A DNA stretch of 64,000 nucleotides from a bacterium (GTDB taxonomy: Bacteria; Bacillota_I; Bacilli_A; RFN20; CAG-826), in NCBI GenBank assembly GCA_963638555.1, contig CAVHQU010000001.1:26317-90316 (forward strand), written 5' to 3'. The notes beneath the pieces are model-generated. The model was not told the origin of the DNA, made no database searches, and saw only the letters and a list, made by a program, of their open reading frames with translations. This document shows positions 39,332 to 50,058 of the stretch, one piece after another. Position 1 is the stretch's first letter; every line of letters starts with the position of its first letter. The position numbers and the translations under genes were made by a program.

Positions 39332-42037
39332 TTATTGTTTCTTTATCTTCTTCATCATCCAAAGAATGAACACAATTATCTCATGAAGAATTAATGGGCT
39401 AATGCCTAAGCCAAATACCCAAGCATAATCCCATCCTTCAAGGGGAACGACTTGAAATACATCATTAACGCCGGGAGTGAAGATTACAAAGAATTGAAGA
39501 GCCAATCCAAGAACAAAGGAAATCCAAAGTAGCCAGTTTTTATCTTTGAAAACATGTATGAAACTCTTCTTAACATTTGTCATGCCGAGCATGTGGAAGA
39601 GTTCGCTCATAGAAAGAACACAAAAAGCCATTGCTTGAGCTTCTTCAAGAACAGCGACGCTTGCTGAGTCATAGAAAGCCTTGATAACACTTGGATCAAG
39701 GGTAAAGCCTTGTTTCATCCAAACCTCAGAAAGGAAGGCAATTAAAGTTATTAAGCCAATCCAAACGCCATATCCAAAAGTAACTGCATATCCGCCATGG
39801 CTGAATAGAGATTCTTTAGGATCTCTAGGCTTATCATTCATGATATCATCAGGTTTCTTGTCTGCGCCAAGAGCAATTGCTGGCAAGGAATCAGTAATTA
39901 AGTTCACCCAAAGCAAGTGAATAGCAATGAGTGGAGATGGGAGGCCCATAATGGCTGCAAGCAACATACATATGACTTCGCCAATATTGGAAGAGAGCAA
40001 GAATAGAATTGTTTTCTTGATATTTGCGTAAATACCTCTTCCTTCTTCAACCGCTTTTTCAATTGAAGAGAAGTTGTCATCCGTTAGAACCATATCAGCG
40101 GCGCCTTTAGCAACATCTGTTCCTGTTATGCCCATAGCAATACCAATATCTGCGCTCTTTAATGATGGAGCATCATTAACGCCATCGCCAGTCATTGCGG
40201 CTATATGACCATTGGCTTTAATTGCCTTAACGATTGAAACTTTGTTTTCTGGAGAAACACGCGCAAACACACGCACGTGTTCAACCTTTTCCTTAAGTTC
40301 CTCTTCACTGCATGCATCAATTTGATCTCCGCTCATCGTTTGAGAGATATCATCAGCTATGCCAAGTTGTTTGGCAATGGCAAATGCAGTGTCTTTGTGA
40401 TCGCCAGTAATCATTATTGTGGTTATACCTGCTTTTTTAAGCGTTGAAACCGCACCTTTCGCAGTTTCTCTAGGCGGATCTACCATACCAACTAGTCCAA
40501 CGAATATGAGATTGTTTTCTTCTAACTGCTCATTAAAAGAAATGGCAAGAGCAAGAACGCGCAAAGCGTCAGATGACATATTCGACGCAGCTTCTTCAAT
40601 CTTTTTTACGTCTTCTTCGCTTATAGTTCTAGTTTCACCGTTAATTAATATACGTGTCGTATGTTTTAAAATTTGATCCATTGCACCTTTCGTATATGTA
40701 ATGGTCTTCTCACCATCTTTATGCATTGTGGACATCATTTTTCTTACGGAGTCAAAAGGCATTTCATTGATACGTGGTGTCTCTTTTTCGAGATCGCCTT
40801 TATGCATATCGAAAGAATTCGCAAATTCAATCAACGCAACTTCTGTTGGATCGCCATAAATTCCTCCATCAACTTTAGCATCAGAGCAAAGAGACATTCC
40901 TTTGGCTAATAAAGAAAGTTTATCTTTTGAAAATTCATCTATGCTATATATTTTCTCATCGCAATAAGTGCGAGCAACGGTCATCTTGTTTTGCGTTAAT
41001 GTTCCTGTTTTATCCGAGCAAACAACGGATACGGCGCCTAAAGTTTCAACAGAAGCTAAACGGCGAACGATGGTATTGACTTTAACCATCTTGGACATGC
41101 CCATAGCAAGAACTATTGTAACAACAGCAGTTAAGCCTTCTGGAATGGCCGCGACCGCTAAAGCAACTGAATCAAGCAAAGCACTTGACCAAGCCGTGCC
41201 TATATTGTTGTTAACTAATGCCCAGATTATTTTTACTGCAAGCATAAGAACAACGATAATGACAGTAAGAATGCCTAAGAATTTAGACAAACCTGCCAAT
41301 TTCTTTTGAAGAGGAGTTTCTTCTTCCCTTTCATTAGAAAGCATCGAGGCAATCTTGCCGATTTCCGTATTCATTCCTGTTGCAATTACCACACCTTCGC
41401 CATGACCATATACGACAGGGGTAGACATGAATACTTCATTAACTCTATCTCCAACCCCGCCTTCTTCTGAAAGAACGATAGTTGGATCTTTTTCAACTGG
41501 TAACGATTCACCAGTCAGAGACGACTCATCCGTTTTTAAAGAGAAAGATTTAATTAAACGTAAGTCGGCTGGGACAGTGCGGCCTTCTTCAAGAATGACG
41601 ATATCACCAACTACTAGTTCTTCTGCCGGTATTTCTAAAGTTTTGCCATCTCTCCTAACTGTAGCGGTTGGCGCCGACATCTTCTTTAATGCTTCAAGAG
41701 CTTTCTCCGCTTTCATTTCTTGAATTGTTCCAATTAAGGCATTAATTATGACGACACCGAAAATAATGAATACGTCAGCTAATCCTTCAACGCCTTCACT
41801 TTCCCAATTGATGATAGCTAAGACTAAAGATATTATTGCGGCTATCGCTAATATCAAAGTCATTGGATCAGCAATGTTGCCCCAAAATATTTTGTACCAA
41901 GGATCTTTTTTCTTCTCTTTTAATTTGTTTAGGCCATCTCTTTTTCTTCTTTTCTCCACTTCAGTTTGAGACAAACCTTCATTTTCTGACGTAGAAAAAG
42001 ACAAAAGAGTTTCATTTACATTTTTGTTTTCAAACAT
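39332..42037 (-). CDS. P-type ATPase, Ca2+ (or Ca2+/Mn2+) transporting, type IIA-like
   Basis: Phosphorylation motif CSDKTGTLTQN and hinge MTGDGVNDAPSLK. 901 aa with ten TM helices. RBS AAGGAG. Confidence 0.9.
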   Translation of the reverse strand: MFENKNVNETLLSFSTSENEGLSQTEVEKRRKRDGLNKLKEKKKDPWYKIFWGNIADPMTLILAIAAIISLVLAIINWESEGVEGLADVFIIFGVVIINALIGTIQEMKAEKALEALKKMSAPTATVRRDGKTLEIPAEELVVGDIVILEEGRTVPADLRLIKSFSLKTDESSLTGESLPVEKDPTIVLSEEGGVGDRVNEVFMSTPVVYGHGEGVVIATGMNTEIGKIASMLSNEREEETPLQKKLAGLSKFLGILTVIIVVLMLAVKIIWALVNNNIGTAWSSALLDSVALAVAAIPEGLTAVVTIVLAMGMSKMVKVNTIVRRLASVETLGAVSVVCSDKTGTLTQNKMTVARTYCDEKIYSIDEFSKDKLSLLAKGMSLCSDAKVDGGIYGDPTEVALIEFANSFDMHKGDLEKETPRINEMPFDSVRKMMSTMHKDGEKTITYTKGAMDQILKHTTRILINGETRTISEEDVKKIEEAASNMSSDALRVLALAISFNEQLEENNLIFVGLVGMVDPPRETAKGAVSTLKKAGITTIMITGDHKDTAFAIAKQLGIADDISQTMSGDQIDACSEEELKEKVEHVRVFARVSPENKVSIVKAIKANGHIAAMTGDGVNDAPSLKSADIGIAMGITGTDVAKGAADMVLTDDNFSSIEKAVEEGRGIYANIKKTILFLLSSNIGEVICMLLAAIMGLPSPLIAIHLLWVNLITDSLPAIALGADKKPDDIMNDKPRDPKESLFSHGGYAVTFGYGVWIGLITLIAFLSEVWMKQGFTLDPSVIKAFYDSASVAVLEEAQAMAFCVLSMSELFHMLGMTNVKKSFIHVFKDKNWLLWISFVLGLALQFFVIFTPGVNDVFQVVPLEGWDYAWVFGLGISPLILHEIIVFILWMMKKIKKQ

Positions 42038-42044
42038 ATTTATC

Positions 42045-42165
42045 TCCTTATCGAAAGCTTCGGTAAGGTCTTGCGAGGCAATTGCCGCTTAGTTCCGGCC
42101 CTAAGGCGTGTTGACGAATACTAAGCTTAACGCTACTCTCCTTAACGCAGGTATTCTAGCAAATC
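42045..42165 (-). ncRNA. yybP-ykoY (Mn2+) riboswitch-like leader upstream of the P-type ATPase
   Basis: Minus-strand RNA contains UUAAGG-AGAGUAGCGUU ... AAGACCUUACC. This matches the pattern of the L. lactis element (AAAGG-GGAGUAGCGUC ... GAGACCUUUCC), in which the outer pentamers pair as P1. The leader is GC-richer than its surroundings, and a CGAAGCUUUCG hairpin abuts the RBS. Confidence 0.5.
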
Positions 42166-42225
42166 TAAGCAATTAGATAAAGATTGATTAATGATTATTT
42201 TTAGTTCAAAATTTTCTTATCGCTT

Positions 42226-42483
42226 ATGAAAAAGATTGTTCTATATACTTCAAACACTTGCGGGAAATGTAAAATTATCAAACCTCAAATCGATGAGTTG
42301 TTGAAAAATAGAGATGACATTGAATATATTTTATATAGCACAGATAAGAAAGATGGATTCTCTTCTGCATTAGACAATAACGTATACTCATTGCCTACAT
42401 TAATCTTCTTTGAAAACGAAAAAGAGGCCAAACGCTTAGTCTCTTCATTCGATATTGATGATGTCAGGTCTTTAATTGCCTAA
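42226..42483 (+). CDS. Thioredoxin-fold (glutaredoxin-like) small protein
   Basis: MKKIVLYTSNTCGKCK contains a CxxC redox motif. 85 aa. Weak RBS. Confidence 0.55.
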   Translation: MKKIVLYTSNTCGKCKIIKPQIDELLKNRDDIEYILYSTDKKDGFSSALDNNVYSLPTLIFFENEKEAKRLVSSFDIDDVRSLIA

Positions 42484-44133
42484 GACCATTTCTTTGGCAT
42501 ATTCAAGTTGTTTCTCAGTAACTTTTCCACCGGAAATTAGATAAGCAATTTGTCTTATCTTTTCTTCGATGGTAAGTTCTTTAACTGTAGAGTAAGTCCT
42601 ACCATCTTTTACTTCCTTAGAAATTAATATGTGATGGTCAGAAAGAGATGCTACTTGTGGCATATGCGTTATAGAAATAACTTGGGAGGCAAGAGATATT
42701 TCCTTTATCTTTTTTGCAACGGCCTGAGCTGTTTCCCCAGATATCCCTGTATCGATTTCATCGAAAATGATTGTTGGGATTTTATTTGCTTTAACGAATA
42801 ACGCTTTGAAGGCAAGCATGATTCTTGATGCTTCACCACCAGAAATTACTTTCGAAAGAGGTTTTAATCCTTCACCGATATTTGTTTCAATCAAGAAATC
42901 AATATCATCAACCCCATTATCTTTTAGAGAAGACTCATCATTCTTGTGGTCCTTGAATAATATTTCAAACTTAACGTTCAATAAAAGATCTTTTAACGTA
43001 TTGGTCAACTCTTTTTCGATCAATTTAGCATTTCTTTCTCTTACTAAAGTAAGTTCATTCGCTTTAGAAAGAGTTTCTTTCAATAAGGCAGAACATTCAT
43101 CTTCTTTTTCTTTAATTTGAGAGTCGAAAGAAGAATTCTTTCCAATCATATTCTCTAACTCATCACGATAAGAGATTAACTCAGGTATACTCTTCTTGTA
43201 TTTTCTTTTCAAAGCCGATAAATCAGAATCTCTTTGTTCTAATTCATCAAGCCTATTCGGATCATAATCAAGGTTTCTAAATTCTTTCCTTAAGGTTGAG
43301 AGAATATCATCAATCGCATAATAATGATCATCTAAGGTTTTAAATGTTTCCTCGTATTGTTTTTGATAAGTCGATAATTTGGAAAGATTTTGATTGAGGG
43401 AGTAAAAATCATCCATGAATGTCCCATTCAGGATTTCATTTGATTCATTTATCAAAGAATAAATCTTGTCGTAATTCTTAAGCAAGGCAAGTTCAGAAGA
43501 TATTTCCTCTTCTTCATTTATAGAAAGATTCATCCCTTTAAGCTCTTTGTATTGATACTCATAGAAATCTCTTGCTTCATCTATTTTTGCCTTCTTCGAA
43601 AGAAGATCGCTATATTCATTCCTCTTCTTTTTATATTCATTTAGAAGGGACGTGTATTCATCTTTGAGTCTTTTTGTGAGTTCGGAAGAGAACCCATCAA
43701 GAATATCAAGATAGTTCTCAGGATTGAGAATCTTTTCGAAATCGAATTGAGAATGAATGTTTGCTAAATATTTTGAAATATATATTAAATCATTCAAAGT
43801 AACAGTTACTGAATTTATTTTAACGATATTCTTATTCCCTGAAATTACTCTTTCAATGATTATCTCATCCTCGTTTATTGGGACGTTTATTTTCGCTAAA
43901 TATGCGTTTAATTCAGGCCTATTGATTGAAAAATATCCTTTAACTGTTGCTTTAGAGGCGCCTGAACGAATTAATTCAGATGATGCTCTAGAACCCAAAA
44001 GAAGGGAGAGAGAATCGATCATTAAGCTTTTTCCAGCGCCTGTTTCGCCCATTAAAACAGAAAAGCCATCCTTGAAGGATATATCAATATTCTCAAAAAT
44101 GGCTAGGTTGTTAATTATAAGACGGTTCAACAT
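42472..44133 (-). CDS. recN: DNA repair protein RecN
   Basis: MLNRLIINNLAIFENIDISF...GETGAGKS Walker A. Long coiled-coil region. 553 aa. Confidence 0.9.
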   Translation of the reverse strand: MLNRLIINNLAIFENIDISFKDGFSVLMGETGAGKSLMIDSLSLLLGSRASSELIRSGASKATVKGYFSINRPELNAYLAKINVPINEDEIIIERVISGNKNIVKINSVTVTLNDLIYISKYLANIHSQFDFEKILNPENYLDILDGFSSELTKRLKDEYTSLLNEYKKKRNEYSDLLSKKAKIDEARDFYEYQYKELKGMNLSINEEEEISSELALLKNYDKIYSLINESNEILNGTFMDDFYSLNQNLSKLSTYQKQYEETFKTLDDHYYAIDDILSTLRKEFRNLDYDPNRLDELEQRDSDLSALKRKYKKSIPELISYRDELENMIGKNSSFDSQIKEKEDECSALLKETLSKANELTLVRERNAKLIEKELTNTLKDLLLNVKFEILFKDHKNDESSLKDNGVDDIDFLIETNIGEGLKPLSKVISGGEASRIMLAFKALFVKANKIPTIIFDEIDTGISGETAQAVAKKIKEISLASQVISITHMPQVASLSDHHILISKEVKDGRTYSTVKELTIEEKIRQIAYLISGGKVTEKQLEYAKEMVLGN

Positions 44134-44172
44134 GTCTCTAATTATAAATGAAATGGTTATTTTGTTAAATTG

Positions 44173-44523
44173 TTATTGCTTAGAAGAAAGTGCACCGAAG
44201 ATGCCACCTAATAAGAGGAAGAGGTTTCCTGAGATAACGCCGATAACGATAGCGACGATATGTGGAACAACGTTGCTTGTGCCAACTGATTTCTTTGCCC
44301 ATTTAAGGAAGATGATGCCAATGATTTCGGCAACAATCATGTAAATGCCCCATCCAAGAGCGACGGCTGCATCACTTGAAGAGATTGCTTGTCCAGCATT
44401 CTTGAATGCTTCTGGGTTTACTAATGCAAAAATGCCTGATGCGAGTGTGATAACACCGAAAACAAGGGCAATGATTGCAAAGACCAAAGAGATTATATAC
44501 ATTACTTTAGCTGCTTTTTTCAT
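44173..44523 (-). CDS. Small membrane protein, function unknown
   Basis: 116 aa with three or four hydrophobic helices. Confidence 0.45.
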   Translation of the reverse strand: MKKAAKVMYIISLVFAIIALVFGVITLASGIFALVNPEAFKNAGQAISSSDAAVALGWGIYMIVAEIIGIIFLKWAKKSVGTSNVVPHIVAIVIGVISGNLFLLLGGIFGALSSKQ

Positions 44524-44545
44524 AATAATTTTTCCTTTCTTTCAA

Positions 44546-45577
44546 TTAGTTAATTGAACCGTATTTCCTGACAACCCAAAGAATGAATCTTGAACACGCT
44601 TTGCCGATCCAGTTATTGAATGATGGTCCAATGACTTGGAAACGGTGAATGATCATTTTATATTGCTTAGGATTGCCAGTTTTAAGTGAGTCTTTAAACT
44701 CTTTTTTCTCTTTTTTAGCGACGGCTTTATCTTTGTAGGTAACATACATTAATGGAGAGACAACCATCATGCAAAGTTGATGCCTTAAGATATGGAAGAG
44801 ATGCTTATCTTCTTCCTTTATCTTAATAAGGTCAACGCTGTCAAATGCAAGTTTAGCAACTCTTTCAAGATTCTCTGTTCTCTTGATAAGGTTTGTTGTT
44901 TGCATACTTTGTCCATCTCTGCCAAGAAGGTATTGATATAACTCCTTGTTGAGATAGATGAGATGTTTTACATAAACGAGAGGGGCATATATGAAGTAAT
45001 TGTCTTCATAGAAACAATGTTCAGGAAGGATGATGTTATTGTCTTTCAACATTGCCGTCTTGTAAATTACTGAATGCAACGTGAAATTATGGCCATAGTC
45101 AAATCTTGTAACGCCACTCCAATCAATTACCTTGTTAGGAGTAATGAAGGAATCATATTTGATTAGTTTTCCTTTTCCGTCTTCCGTATAAGAATGAACA
45201 TAACGATATGGCATCAATATCAAATCGACGTCATATCCTTTTTGAAGATCCTCAATATAATCAAGAAGATATTCAAGGCCTTCTTCATTCACCCAATCAT
45301 CAGAATCTAATACTTTGAAGAATTTACCCGTGGCTAATGATAAAGCCGTATTTATCGCTCCACCATGGCCTTTGTTTTCTTGATGAACCGCTTTGAAGAT
45401 ATTTGGATATTTTTCTTCATATTCCTTGGCGATCTTTAACGTATCATCCTTGGAACCGTCATCAATTATCAAAACTTCAATCTTATCTCCGGCAGGGATT
45501 AAAGAATCTAACGCATAATGTAAATATGCTTGCGAATTGTATGAAGGGATACAAAACGAAATTAGTTTGTCAGACAT
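44546..45577 (-). CDS. Family 2 glycosyltransferase
   Basis: CIPSYNSQ ... DDGSKDDT ... DSDD motifs. Confidence 0.8.
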   Translation of the reverse strand: MSDKLISFCIPSYNSQAYLHYALDSLIPAGDKIEVLIIDDGSKDDTLKIAKEYEEKYPNIFKAVHQENKGHGGAINTALSLATGKFFKVLDSDDWVNEEGLEYLLDYIEDLQKGYDVDLILMPYRYVHSYTEDGKGKLIKYDSFITPNKVIDWSGVTRFDYGHNFTLHSVIYKTAMLKDNNIILPEHCFYEDNYFIYAPLVYVKHLIYLNKELYQYLLGRDGQSMQTTNLIKRTENLERVAKLAFDSVDLIKIKEEDKHLFHILRHQLCMMVVSPLMYVTYKDKAVAKKEKKEFKDSLKTGNPKQYKMIIHRFQVIGPSFNNWIGKACSRFILWVVRKYGSIN

Positions 45578-45589
45578 TTTATTTTGTTT

Positions 45590-48034
45590 TTATTTCCCTT
45601 TCTTCCCCTGAGCTTTTTTCTCTTTCTTTCTAAGGCGACCCATTTTGTTGAAATGGTGCAAGCCTTTCCAGAAATGGCCATTAAACATCATAATGAGGCC
45701 ATCGAGTTGAGCCATGCTCATTGCTCCACCTGTCATTCTAGATAAAGCACGAACAGGGTTGTAGTATACACCCATTACAAGTGTATTTGCAGTAGTTCTT
45801 TTTCCAATTTTACGTAAAAACTTAATTGCGAAACGAATTGCGCCCGCAAATCTTCTACCAGCAAATCCTTTTGCGTAATGCAAATCAGATATAGAAGAAT
45901 TGTAATCGACCTTAATACGATGTTTCTTGATGTAAGAAGATTCTTTGGCTGGAAGTTCTCCGCCTAAGAGTTCCTTAAATTCATCATCACCGATCTGTCT
46001 AACTTCGCCAGAGAAGTAATGAGGAAGCTTATTTTTATCATAGATACCTGTGGCATCTTTGCCTTCAACTTTGATTTCTCCAGTGAGTGGGAGTTCTTTT
46101 GAGGAAGGGCCAACATATATTTGGTATGTTCCACCTTCAACTTGGAATTTATTATCTTTGACGTCCCAATAACGGAAAGAATATTCATCAAATGGGATTG
46201 TTACTTCAACGGTTTCGCCTGCTTTGATAAAGACTTTCTTGAAGCCTTTTAATTCATATGCTGGGCGGAAGATCTTTGAACCTTTCATGCCGATATACAT
46301 TTGAGCAATTTCTTTTCCATCGACATCGCCTGTATTTGTAATGGAGAACTTAACACCATCTTTTGAAACTGTTAAATTGTCGTATTTATATGTTGTATAG
46401 CTTAAGCCATAGCCAAATGGGAAACGGGAACCAGTCTTATCGCCATTGTAATAACGATACCCGATGAATAAGCCTTCACGGTATTCAATGTTCTTGTCGT
46501 TTTTGCCAAAGTGATCGGCGGAAGGGCAATCGGCGTAGCCATATGGATATGATTCTGCTAATTTGCCAGATGGGTTAACCTTGCCAGTAAGGATGTTAAG
46601 AATAGCCTTAGCGCCTGCTTCACCGGATAGGTAAGCGTGTAAAATTGCATCTACTCTATCAGCAAATGGCATTTCGATTGGAGCACCGCATTCAAGGATG
46701 AGAACAATCTTCTTGCCTGTATGATATAAGGCAGAAATAAGTTCCCTTTGATTGCCAGGAAGACGAATATTGGCTCTATCTATGCCTTCTGCTTCAGTGA
46801 CTTCATCTAAACCGCAGAAAAGAAGAACGGTGTCAGCCTTTTCAACAAGCTTAAGGGCTTTATCAATTAAGCGTTGGCTCTTTTTGCCATAACGCTTGAA
46901 ACCTTTTTCATAGCCAACAACATTCAAGTTGTAATCTTTAAGAACATCGTTGATTTGATCAACCTTCAATGGATTAACAACTGATGAACCAGCACCTTGA
47001 TAACGCATATTCTCAGCAAAATCACCAACGATAGCAACTTTCTCTCCTTCTTTTAATGGAAGAGCGTTGTTCTTGTTCTTTAGAAGGACGAGGGATTCTT
47101 CAGCGACTTTTTGTGCAAGCGCATGGTGTTCTTCTTTATTAAACTCTTTTGGAGCTTTTTTGAGATTTTCCGTAGTTTTAATAACGACATCTATAATGCC
47201 ATCGGCAAGAATATCGACGTCTTCTTCTTTTAAACGACCATCTTTAACAGCTTGAACAACTTCTCTATTTGTCTCGCCATCAGTTGTAGGCATTTCAAGT
47301 TCGGATTGGGCTTTGACAGCTTCGATACGATCGTTATCACCACCCCAATCAGAGACGACTATACCATCAAATCCCCAAGTATCGCGTAAGATTTCTTTCA
47401 ATAAATGTGGATTCTCGTTTGCGTATACTCCATTAATTTTGTTATAAGAGGACATGACAGAGAGAGGTTTCGCTTCTTTGACGGTAATTTCAAAAGCGGT
47501 TAAATAGATTTCTCTAAGTGTTCTTTCATCGACAACTGAATTAGAAGTAATTCTTCTGATTTCTTGGTTGTTTGCAGCAAAATGTTTTAAACAAACGCCG
47601 ATACCGTTTTCTTGAACACCATTTGTGTATCCAACAGCAAGTTTGCCTGCAAGATATGGGTCTTCGGAGAAATATTCAAAGTTTCTTCCACAACGTGGAT
47701 TTCTTTTCATGTTGATGCCAGGGCCCAAAAGAAGAGAGACATCATTAGCAGCCGCTTCTTCACCAATTGTTTTACCAACGATGTAAAGAAGATCGGGGTC
47801 CCACGAAGATGCCGATGTAGCACTTGTTGGCATACATACTGCAGGGATTGATGGGTTAAGGCCTAAATGGTCTGCGGCCTTAGCCTGTTTTCTAAGACCG
47901 TTAGGACCATCAGAAAGGAACATGCTAGGAACATTAACGGATGGTATTTCTTGTGTTTGCCAAAAATCCTTTCCTGATAAGAGAGAGGCTTTCTCTTCTA
48001 AAGTCATCTTGTCTAATATATCTTGATGTTTCAT
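45590..48034 (-). CDS. Glycoside hydrolase family 3 beta-glucosidase (canonical domain order, cytoplasmic)
   Basis: GRNFEYFSEDPYLAGK and KHFAANNQE. Nucleophile region GIVVSDWGG. No signal peptide. C-terminal Fn3-like GYGLSYTTY. Confidence 0.85.
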   Translation of the reverse strand: MKHQDILDKMTLEEKASLLSGKDFWQTQEIPSVNVPSMFLSDGPNGLRKQAKAADHLGLNPSIPAVCMPTSATSASSWDPDLLYIVGKTIGEEAAANDVSLLLGPGINMKRNPRCGRNFEYFSEDPYLAGKLAVGYTNGVQENGIGVCLKHFAANNQEIRRITSNSVVDERTLREIYLTAFEITVKEAKPLSVMSSYNKINGVYANENPHLLKEILRDTWGFDGIVVSDWGGDNDRIEAVKAQSELEMPTTDGETNREVVQAVKDGRLKEEDVDILADGIIDVVIKTTENLKKAPKEFNKEEHHALAQKVAEESLVLLKNKNNALPLKEGEKVAIVGDFAENMRYQGAGSSVVNPLKVDQINDVLKDYNLNVVGYEKGFKRYGKKSQRLIDKALKLVEKADTVLLFCGLDEVTEAEGIDRANIRLPGNQRELISALYHTGKKIVLILECGAPIEMPFADRVDAILHAYLSGEAGAKAILNILTGKVNPSGKLAESYPYGYADCPSADHFGKNDKNIEYREGLFIGYRYYNGDKTGSRFPFGYGLSYTTYKYDNLTVSKDGVKFSITNTGDVDGKEIAQMYIGMKGSKIFRPAYELKGFKKVFIKAGETVEVTIPFDEYSFRYWDVKDNKFQVEGGTYQIYVGPSSKELPLTGEIKVEGKDATGIYDKNKLPHYFSGEVRQIGDDEFKELLGGELPAKESSYIKKHRIKVDYNSSISDLHYAKGFAGRRFAGAIRFAIKFLRKIGKRTTANTLVMGVYYNPVRALSRMTGGAMSMAQLDGLIMMFNGHFWKGLHHFNKMGRLRKKEKKAQGKKGK

Positions 48035-48066
48035 TTTAATTCTCCATAATGAAAGTCAACGATGAC

Positions 48067-50058
48067 TTAGGCAGCTAAACCAGATTGTTGTGCTTTTTCT
48101 TTAAGAGATGCAAATTCAGCATTGATCTTTTCTTCTTGAGAAGCTCTCTTTGCTAAGATAGCATTCTTCTTCTCTTCTGGAAGAGCATCAAATTTAGCTT
48201 GTTTTGCGGCTTCTTTTTGAGCCTTCTTTGCTTCAGAAGCGGCTTTCTTTGCGGCTGCTGCTTCATCTTTTTTCGATTTTTCGAGTAAATACTTATTATT
48301 TTCTTCCTCGAAGTTAAGGTGTTTCTTTTCGCAATCGATCTTTAATTGAGCAACGCGTGCTTCTTCAACCAAACGAGCATTTTCTGCTTCTTCTTTAGCA
48401 GCTCTCTCTTCTGGTTCTAACCATTCTTTTCCTTCTGCTAATGTACGAGCTTTTTGATCGGCGACAATTGTGATGTTGTCAATTTTTGTGAATTTCTCAA
48501 CATTCATTCCTAAGAACATGATACCCATGATAAGGTAGCAACCGCCTTCGACGAGATAGCCAAGGATTGTATGAAGAACTTTGCCATATTCTGGGAAAGC
48601 TGAGTTAAGACCGACAATGATACCATTACAGACGCCAGACATAGCGACCATGATGGAACCGTAGATAGACATTGTGAATCCATCAGTTCTCTTACCATAT
48701 AACGCTTCTTGGTGGTCAAGAACGTTAGCAAGAAGAGCTAATGAGATATACATAGCTGGGGCTGTGCCTAATGCTTTGACCATGAAGGATGCAACTGAGA
48801 CACCCCAAACTGCGTTATCAGAAACGCCAGGGATTAAACAAACAAGGGAGATGAGCGATGCAACAAATGCAAGGGCACATCCGCCAAGGATTGTTTTTGA
48901 TTTTGTGAATTTATTGGCGAGAGGCCAAACAAGCAACATACCAACGGCTGTTGGAATAGCGCCTAAAGTATTGATTAATGAAGAGAGGGATGTTCCTCCA
49001 GTAAAGGCTTGAGAATAGAATGAAAGGTCATTGTTCTTCATTTGACCACCGAATTGGTAGAGGAAGAAGAATATCATGATGATCCACCAATATTTGTCTT
49101 TCATACAAATCTTAATTTGTTGACCCATAGAAACACCTTTTGCAGGTGCAGCGTTTTCTGAAGTTCCTTCTACTTCTTTCATTTCGAGGGTCTTGACATT
49201 CTCTTCGGTAATTCTTTCACGCGTGAAGTAATATTCAAGCAAGCAGCCAATAACTAAGCAAACAATCATGATTACCATGAGAATCGTCCATTTGCTATTT
49301 GCTTGTTCTGGAGTGATTTTTGTAATAACGTTCGAAGCGTTGTTTCCTGCTGCTTCGAGAGCTTCTTTGTAAGTTGAATAATTCTTATCGCCAACATTAT
49401 AAACAGGCAATAAGCCAATTAAATCAACTAATAAGCCGCCTGCCATGCCAGAAAGTCCAGCAGCGCCAAGTTGGGCAGCCATAATGCAAGTAGAGAGAAG
49501 TCCACGAGCTCCACCATCTCTTGTTGAGAGGTTAACTAACGCAGAATGGGAAGTGTAATAGATTGGCCATGCAAACGCATAATAGAGGTTATAGCCAATA
49601 GCAATGATGATGCTAGCCCAAAGGTTTGAGAAAGAACCGCCGGTTCCGCCAATATTTGCTGCAGTACCATTTCCAACTGGAAGAGGAACTAAGAATAAAA
49701 CTAATAAAGCGATAGCAACCAATGGCATTCCTAAAAGAATGAATGGTCTAGCTTTACCAGCCATTGTTGGTTTTCTTTCCATCAATTTACCAACGGAGAT
49801 ATTGCCTATAACGATAAGTATGGCAGATAAGATTGGTAAGAGAGTCTCAAAGAGAGAATTCCACTGACCAAGCATTAAGACCTTGTCCCAATACTGGATG
49901 AGCCAAATGTTAACAACACCATTTGAAATGAGGGCAAGGATTGGTCCGAGAAGATAGCCAAGGGCTGCTTCAGGGAAGAGTTTCACACCATTACTCTTGA
50001 TCTTGGTTGACAAGAGAGGGGTAGTGAAGATTGATTTTTTAGATTTTGTCTTCGACAT
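48067..50058 (-). CDS. GPH/MFS-type glycoside transporter with a long K/A/E-rich C-terminal tail
   Basis: Twelve-TM core. Start moved to MSKTKSKK (ATG at 50058 with RBS AAGGAGCA). Tail AAAAKKAASEAKKAQKEAAKQAKFDALPEEKKNAILAKRAS. Confidence 0.7.
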   Translation of the reverse strand: MSKTKSKKSIFTTPLLSTKIKSNGVKLFPEAALGYLLGPILALISNGVVNIWLIQYWDKVLMLGQWNSLFETLLPILSAILIVIGNISVGKLMERKPTMAGKARPFILLGMPLVAIALLVLFLVPLPVGNGTAANIGGTGGSFSNLWASIIIAIGYNLYYAFAWPIYYTSHSALVNLSTRDGGARGLLSTCIMAAQLGAAGLSGMAGGLLVDLIGLLPVYNVGDKNYSTYKEALEAAGNNASNVITKITPEQANSKWTILMVIMIVCLVIGCLLEYYFTRERITEENVKTLEMKEVEGTSENAAPAKGVSMGQQIKICMKDKYWWIIMIFFFLYQFGGQMKNNDLSFYSQAFTGGTSLSSLINTLGAIPTAVGMLLVWPLANKFTKSKTILGGCALAFVASLISLVCLIPGVSDNAVWGVSVASFMVKALGTAPAMYISLALLANVLDHQEALYGKRTDGFTMSIYGSIMVAMSGVCNGIIVGLNSAFPEYGKVLHTILGYLVEGGCYLIMGIMFLGMNVEKFTKIDNITIVADQKARTLAEGKEWLEPEERAAKEEAENARLVEEARVAQLKIDCEKKHLNFEEENNKYLLEKSKKDEAAAAKKAASEAKKAQKEAAKQAKFDALPEEKKNAILAKRASQEEKINAEFASLKEKAQQSGLAA

